Origin: an uncultured Solibacteraceae bacterium | GTDB taxonomy: Bacteria > Acidobacteriota > Terriglobia > Bryobacterales > Bryobacteraceae | DNA: 64,000 bases | NCBI GenBank assembly: GCA_964561215.1 | Contig: CAZLOS010000011.1 | Location: 7,143 to 71,142, forward strand | Reading direction: 5' to 3' | Shown here: one piece after another, positions 58,901 through 64,000 of the stretch | Layout of the letters: each line of letters starts with the position of its first letter | Numbering within the stretch: the first letter of the stretch is position 1 | Made by a program: the position numbers and the translations under genes | The notes under the pieces: model-generated | Database searches by the model: none | Told to the model about the DNA's origin: nothing | The model's input: only the letters and a program-made list of their open reading frames with translations

Positions 58901-60315
58901 CCGGGGTTCGGCTGCGGCATCTGAGCGGAGACCGATTCGCGCCAGGCGTGCAAGCGGCGCCGCAACTCCGCGGCCTTTTGCGGCATTCGCCCGGTCAGGT
59001 CGTCCTTCTCGCCAATGTCCTTCTCCAGGTTGTAAAGCTCGACGCGGTTGTCTTCAAGAAACTCGATCAGCTTCCACGGCCCGCTGCGCACGGCGCTCAC
59101 CGGCGTGGTGGTGGGGTAGTAGTGCGGATAGTGGAAGTAGAGGCCTTCGCGGTCGAGCCTGGCCGACGGGTCGCGAAGCAGGGAAGTGATGCTGACCGAG
59201 TCGACACCTCGCTTGCGCGATTCACTTCCGGCAAGCCCCGCCATGTCGAGCAACGTCGCGTAAAGGTCCATGGAGACGACGGGCGCATGTGACACGGCTC
59301 CTCGAGGCGTCACACCCGGCCAGTAGACGATGAGCGGCACCCGCACGCCGCCTTCGTAAAGCGCGCCTTTCCCCGATCGCAGCGGTGAATTGTCGGTGAT
59401 CACTTCCTGGCGCGACGTACGCAAAGCGCCGCCGTTATCGGAGAAGAAAACGATGACGGTTCGATCCGCGATGCCGCGCTCGGCGAGCTTTTGCATGACC
59501 CGCCCCACGCTTACGTCCAGGCTCCACGTCATGGCCGCGTAGGTGGGATTGCTGTGATGCATCGCGGGCCGGAGGCGGGCCTTGAAGCGATTCGCATCGG
59601 CCGGTTTCGCCTCTATGGGCGTGTGCACGGCGTGGTGCGCGAGGTAGAGGAAGAACGGCTGCGCGCCGGCTTGATCGATCACGCGCAAGGCTTCGCCGGT
59701 GAGCCGGTCGGTCAGGTACTCGCCGGGTTTTCCGAATTCCAGATGCGGAACGTAACGGAACTCGCCGCCGTAGTAACGGCTGCCCCGATAGGGATAGAAG
59801 TACGACTGCGGCGCGCCCCAATGCGTGCCGCCGATGTTCACGTCGAAACCCTGCGTTTCCGGGTAGTAACCGGCTTCGCCGAGGTGCCACTTGCCGACGA
59901 GCGCGGTCAGGTAGTTACGCTCTTTGAGCGCCTCGGCCAGCGTCACCTCTTCATGCGGCAGGTTGCCCACCGTGACGGGCGGGACGAGCTTGCGGTCCTT
60001 GGCCGGCGTCGAGGCGTTCTCCAGCCACGTGGTCATGTGCAGGCGAGCCGGGTGCTTGCCGGTGAGGATGGAGGCGCGGGTCGGACTGCAGACAGGCGCG
60101 GCGGCGTAAGCGTCGGTGAAGCGCACGCCCATGCGGGCCAACTGGTCGATGTTGGGAGTTTCGTGCAGGTCGGCCCCGTAGCAGCCGACGTCGGCCCAAC
60201 CCAGGTCGTCGGCAAGGATGAAGACGAAGTTCAGTGGCGGCGTAGCGGCGCGGGCGAAGGCGGCGCCCGCCGCGCAGCCGAGAAAACCGCGGCGGCTCAG
60301 GGTTGCGGTTTGCAT
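58882..60315 (-). CDS. Tat-exported arylsulfatase (formylglycine-dependent sulfatase family)
   Basis: SRRGFLGCAAGAA signal, ILADDLGWAD and the CSPTRASILTG sulfatase signature. Confidence 0.9.
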   Translation of the reverse strand: MQTATLSRRGFLGCAAGAAFARAATPPLNFVFILADDLGWADVGCYGADLHETPNIDQLARMGVRFTDAYAAAPVCSPTRASILTGKHPARLHMTTWLENASTPAKDRKLVPPVTVGNLPHEEVTLAEALKERNYLTALVGKWHLGEAGYYPETQGFDVNIGGTHWGAPQSYFYPYRGSRYYGGEFRYVPHLEFGKPGEYLTDRLTGEALRVIDQAGAQPFFLYLAHHAVHTPIEAKPADANRFKARLRPAMHHSNPTYAAMTWSLDVSVGRVMQKLAERGIADRTVIVFFSDNGGALRTSRQEVITDNSPLRSGKGALYEGGVRVPLIVYWPGVTPRGAVSHAPVVSMDLYATLLDMAGLAGSESRKRGVDSVSITSLLRDPSARLDREGLYFHYPHYYPTTTPVSAVRSGPWKLIEFLEDNRVELYNLEKDIGEKDDLTGRMPQKAAELRRRLHAWRESVSAQMPQPNPGYTASR

Positions 60316-61314
60316 CTATTTGTCTCCGGTTCGCACTTTCGCGATGTAAATGCCCGACTTGCCGTCGTGGGAAGAATAGTAGCTCACCCACAGCAGTCCC
60401 TCGTGCCAGGCGAGGCCGGGATACCCAGCATCGCCTGCGGAGGGAAGTTCCAGGAACTCGCGAAGGTTGTCGTCCTGCTCCTCCAGCCAAAACAGGGCGA
60501 GGTGCGGCTTTCCTCCGGTCACCGTGCGCCCGGCGACCACGATCCTGTCATCCGGCAGCATCAGCATGGCGGGTGTTTCAATACTGACGTTGAGATCCGT
60601 CCAAATCCAGCCGCGGTAGGGAGGTTTCGCCCTGCCGAGGGCCACTGTGGCGCCTTTGGCATCGCGCTGCGCCAGGCACAGGGCGCTTTCATCCGGTAAG
60701 AAGAGAATAGCCGCCTCGCCGGGGGCCTGGTCCCGAAGAAGTTCCGGCGTCAAGGGGACGAACTTGTCGGCCCTCGGCCCGCCGTAAATGCGGAGGAACT
60801 CTTCGCGCACGTTCGAGTAACCGGCGGCGAAGGCGAGGCGGTTGTGCCAAGCCAGGCGCCCGAGCTGAAGATTCGGCTCGCACACAGGGATGGGCGCGCT
60901 CCAGTTGCGCCCGTCGGGAGAAGTCCAGACGGCGGACTGGTGACGCTCCCAGACAATGCCCTGGCGCTCTTCGATGGCCACCAGGATCAGGCGTCCGTCG
61001 GGCGACACGCTGAGCTTCGGATAGCGCAGGTCCCCACCAGTGGATGTGATGCGCGAGGCAGGTTTCCAGACTTCACCGTCGAGAGAGGTCAGGATACGGA
61101 TGGTGCCGCCGGCGGAGCGGTACGACGCTCCCTCGCGAAGGGCGCAAAACCAACGGTCCTTGTACCGCACCAGGTCCGTGAAGCCGTTGTGCGGCGCGCT
61201 GGACCAGACCTTCTCGCACCAGACGATCTGCGGCTTATGAAACGGTGGTTTCGGCGCCGCGAGACAGGCGAGCGCTATGAGTGCGATTCCGGTAATCTTA
61301 CTTCTATGTCCCAT
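60316..61314 (-). CDS. BNR/Asp-box beta-propeller (sialidase-like) exported protein
   Basis: Signal-like N-terminus and two Asp-box motifs, TSLDGEVW and TSPDGRNW. Its stop abuts the sulfatase ATG. Confidence 0.7.
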   Translation of the reverse strand: MGHRSKITGIALIALACLAAPKPPFHKPQIVWCEKVWSSAPHNGFTDLVRYKDRWFCALREGASYRSAGGTIRILTSLDGEVWKPASRITSTGGDLRYPKLSVSPDGRLILVAIEERQGIVWERHQSAVWTSPDGRNWSAPIPVCEPNLQLGRLAWHNRLAFAAGYSNVREEFLRIYGGPRADKFVPLTPELLRDQAPGEAAILFLPDESALCLAQRDAKGATVALGRAKPPYRGWIWTDLNVSIETPAMLMLPDDRIVVAGRTVTGGKPHLALFWLEEQDDNLREFLELPSAGDAGYPGLAWHEGLLWVSYYSSHDGKSGIYIAKVRTGDK

Positions 61315-62940
61315 CGTCAGTGGTCGCTTTTGGCGTTGTTGACTTGCTTTCTGCCTTCTCTATTCTATGCTGCGGAGCCTGAAGAACTCCGGAAGCAGGC
61401 CTCGGCAAACGGAGTCGCGGCAAACGACATTTTCGCCCGCACGCGCAAGATGGTACATGCCTGGCTCTCTTACGCGGACAAAGAGACGCTGTTGCTGCCG
61501 GACCGCCTGCCCGGCTTGATCCGCGGCAAGCCGAACTCACAGCTTCTCTATAGGGCTGAGAACTCCGGCGCCGACAACTATCCCTATCTCATCATCACGA
61601 GCTGGTTTACCGATCCCGCGCTGTACCACGGCCGCATGATGGACATGCTGCGCAACGAGATCCGTTACACCAACGTGAGCGGCGCCATTCCGGGCAACCT
61701 GGACTTCAGAACCAGGCAACCGGGTCCGGCGACCCTGTTCGGAGCCGGCGAGTACTGCAAAGACGGCCTGCTCTCGGTCACCGAGTTGCTCGGCCGCACG
61801 CCCTGGTACTACCGCATGGTGGACATCACCGAGGATTACATGCGGAAGGCGCCCGTCAAAACCCGTTGGGGCAGCCTGCCCGACACGGGTGCCGAGTTGA
61901 ACGGCGATGTGCTGCAGACCCTGGCCCGCCTGATCCCAATGACCGCCGATCCGCGCTTCCTGGATTGGGCCACGCGCATCGGCGACGCCTATGTGGAGGA
62001 GATACTGCCCGCCAACAACTACCTGCCGGGCTACCGCTACGATTTCGAGAAGAAGACCGACTCGGGCACCACGCGGCTGCGCGACCACGGCAACGAAACC
62101 ATCGTGGGGCTGGTGCTGCTGCACGCGCTCGAAACGGACCTGGGCCTTAAGCGCGCGGAAAGAACGAGGCCGGTGATCCGAAAGATGCTCGACAGTGTGC
62201 TCGCTTCGGCCAACCCGGACGGGATGCTGTACAACACCATCGTCAATTCCGACCTTTCGCCGCGCGACACCAGGCTCAGCGACAACTGGGGCTACGTCTA
62301 CGGGGCACTCTACAGCTTCTACCAGACCACGGGAGAGGAGAAATACCGGCAGGCGGTCCGCAAGGTTCTGAGCAACCTGCCCAAGTACCGCGGTTACGAC
62401 TGGGAAGCCGGCAGCGCGGACGGCTACGCGGACTCGATTGAAAGCGCCATCTACCTGGTGGCCCGTGAGCCGGTTCCGGAAGCGCAAAGCTGGATCGAAT
62501 CGGAAATGAAGACCCTGCTCGCCTACCAGCAGCCGGACGGCACCATCGAGCGCTGGTACGGGGACGGCAACTGGAACCGCACCGCGCTGCTCTACGCCAT
62601 GATGAAGACGCAAGGCTGCTACCTGAAAGACTGGGTGCCCGGCGTCGAGTTGGGCGCCGTCCAGCAGGACGGCAAGCTGTACATTTCGTTGCGCAGCGGT
62701 AATGCCTGGACCGGCAAGCTGGCCTTCGACTACGCGCGCCACCGCCGCGAGCTGAACCTGCGCAAGAACTATGTGCGCCTCAACGAATGGCCCGAGTGGT
62801 TCACCGTCGACGAAAATACGCTTTACACGGTGAAGAAAGCCGGGGGCGCCACGCAGTTGCTAATCGGCAGCGAACTCAAGAACGGACTGGCGCTGAAACT
62901 CGCCGCGGGCGAGACGGTGAAGCTCACCGTATCACGCTGA
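61306..62940 (+). CDS. Secreted alpha/alpha-toroid-like hypothetical protein (glycan hydrolase/lyase-like)
   Basis: ATG 61306 with signal [22 protein letters not shown]. Helical-repeat composition. The upstream part of the 698-aa track ORF lies antisense to the BNR gene. Confidence 0.5.
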   Translation: MSHRQWSLLALLTCFLPSLFYAAEPEELRKQASANGVAANDIFARTRKMVHAWLSYADKETLLLPDRLPGLIRGKPNSQLLYRAENSGADNYPYLIITSWFTDPALYHGRMMDMLRNEIRYTNVSGAIPGNLDFRTRQPGPATLFGAGEYCKDGLLSVTELLGRTPWYYRMVDITEDYMRKAPVKTRWGSLPDTGAELNGDVLQTLARLIPMTADPRFLDWATRIGDAYVEEILPANNYLPGYRYDFEKKTDSGTTRLRDHGNETIVGLVLLHALETDLGLKRAERTRPVIRKMLDSVLASANPDGMLYNTIVNSDLSPRDTRLSDNWGYVYGALYSFYQTTGEEKYRQAVRKVLSNLPKYRGYDWEAGSADGYADSIESAIYLVAREPVPEAQSWIESEMKTLLAYQQPDGTIERWYGDGNWNRTALLYAMMKTQGCYLKDWVPGVELGAVQQDGKLYISLRSGNAWTGKLAFDYARHRRELNLRKNYVRLNEWPEWFTVDENTLYTVKKAGGATQLLIGSELKNGLALKLAAGETVKLTVSR

Positions 62941-63591
62941 CGCAGGCTTATCCTGCCGCTCCAGGAGTTCGCGGACTTGTGTCTCGAGTTGCTCGACGCG
63001 GGCGGCGAGCTGTTCGATCTCCTGAGCCTCTGGATCGGGCAGTTGGCCGTGCTCTAACTCATCGTCCACAGCCTCGCCTTTGGTGCGGACCACTCGGCCC
63101 GGAATGCCCACCACGGTCGAATCGTCCGGCACAGGGTGGATTACAACCGAGCCTGCGCCGATTTTCACGCGATTTCCAATGAGGATGTTGCCCAGCACCT
63201 TGGCTCCCGTACCGACGACCACGTGGTTGCCCAGCGTCGGGTGACGTTTGCCTTTTTCCTTGCCGGTGCCGCCCAACGTCACGCCCTGATAGAGCAACAC
63301 GTCGTCGCCGATCTCCGACGTTTCGCCGATCACCACGCCCATCCCGTGATCGATGAAGAACCGCCGCCCGATGGTGGCGCCGGGATGGATTTCGATGCCC
63401 GTGAGCGACCGGCTGAGCTGCGAGATCATACGCGCGGGCAAACGGAGCCCCATCTTGTAGAGCTTGTGCGCCAGCCGGTGCAGCAGGACGGCGTGAAATC
63501 CCGGGTAACAGAACAGGATCTCCAGCACACTGCGCGCCGCCGGATCTTCCCGGAATATGGTGCCGACCTGCTCTCTGATGTTCCGAAGCAT
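62932..63591 (-). CDS. cysE: Serine O-acetyltransferase CysE with C-terminal helical extension
   Basis: [14 protein letters not shown] and hexapeptide core [44 protein letters not shown] 63591 preferred. Confidence 0.88.
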   Translation of the reverse strand: MLRNIREQVGTIFREDPAARSVLEILFCYPGFHAVLLHRLAHKLYKMGLRLPARMISQLSRSLTGIEIHPGATIGRRFFIDHGMGVVIGETSEIGDDVLLYQGVTLGGTGKEKGKRHPTLGNHVVVGTGAKVLGNILIGNRVKIGAGSVVIHPVPDDSTVVGIPGRVVRTKGEAVDDELEHGQLPDPEAQEIEQLAARVEQLETQVRELLERQDKPASA

Positions 63592-63645
63592 CCCTGACAC
63601 TATTATCCACCGCTCCGGCGTGTGAATGCCCGCGGGGGGCAAGGA

Positions 63646-64000
63646 TCAGTGCGAGGCGTCCACGCTGTGGTTCAGGGTGACTTCCGGTTGATAGCGCCGG
63701 TGCAGGCTCTCGAACTGGCGCCGCTTCCAGACGCCCGTCCGGTGCAGTATGTACCGTGCCAGGACCAGAAGGATCGATAAGCCGTAAAGCGAACTCTGCC
63801 AGAACGAAGCCGACGATGCCTGGGGGAAATAGCGTGTGGGCACCGGCACTTCGGCGATGCGCAGGTTCTCGCAAACGAACTGGGCCATGATCTCCTGGTC
63901 GAAGATGAACCGGTCCGAGTTCATCTGGTAGTTGACCGCTTCCAGCGCCTCGGCGCGGTAGGCGCGGTAGCCCGTGTGGTATTCGGCGAGATTCAATCCG
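63646..64000 (-). CDS. C-terminal part of a GT2 (dolichyl-phosphate-mannose-synthase-like) glycosyltransferase; 5' end outside the window
   Basis: The open frame runs off the right edge. FDQEIMAQ...IAEVPVPTRY and a C-terminal TM segment resemble the GT2 C-terminal region. Confidence 0.6.
   Translation of the reverse strand, partial: GLNLAEYHTGYRAYRAEALEAVNYQMNSDRFIFDQEIMAQFVCENLRIAEVPVPTRYFPQASSASFWQSSLYGLSILLVLARYILHRTGVWKRRQFESLHRRYQPEVTLNHSVDASH

Overview
High-GC bacterial chromosomal segment covering the replication-origin neighbourhood (gyrB-dnaN-dnaA on the minus strand, about 14.5-19.7 kb). I call about 66 protein genes, one tRNA-Gly(GCC), and a few candidate regulatory sites. I noticed no rRNA, CRISPR array, transposase, integrase or phage genes. 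The gene content includes many Sec/Tat-exported Gfo/Idh/MocA oxidoreductases, DUF1080, xylose-isomerase-like TIM barrels, CadC-like regulators, LpxI and sulfatase/BNR proteins. This fits an Acidobacteriota-like soil heterotroph, but that is inference only. Functional blocks, left to right: (1) a Wzt-type glycan export module with a coiled-coil methyltransferase and a GT2-GT4 fusion; (2) a secreted ankyrin-repeat protein next to a soluble GAF histidine kinase and NarL-type regulator; (3) sugar-phosphate isomerase-like genes, sppA and a GT4; (4) gyrB-dnaN-dnaA with two DnaA-box-bearing spacers; (5) exported hydrolases and a second two-component pair; (6) GH51 and an M20 peptidase; (7) fabZ-lpxA-lpxI-oxidoreductase; (8) a TonB-like protein; (9) a FliA-type sigma factor; (10) four tandem GT2 genes; (11) mscL; (12) thiSGHE; (13) rapZ-hpf-rpoN; (14) an MFS transporter, archease and a short asparaginase-like protein; (15) HicAB; (16) an ECF sigma/anti-sigma pair; (17) rsmA; (18) a sulfatase / BNR / toroid glycan-degradation cluster; (19) cysE. 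I do not see a clear-cut novel multi-gene system. The best leads are the WbdD-like terminate-and-export glycan module lacking a neighbouring Wzm, archease coupled to a single-domain asparaginase homologue without RtcB, a histidine kinase with transmembrane helices after its ATPase domain, an MscL with a Cys4 zinc-ribbon tail, a 410-bp unexplained low-GC spacer upstream of the FliA-like sigma gene, and several head-to-head gene pairs whose start codons abut or overlap (suggesting leaderless mRNAs). All calls come from reading the ORF track and the sequence. No database search was run, and start codons were chosen by hand.
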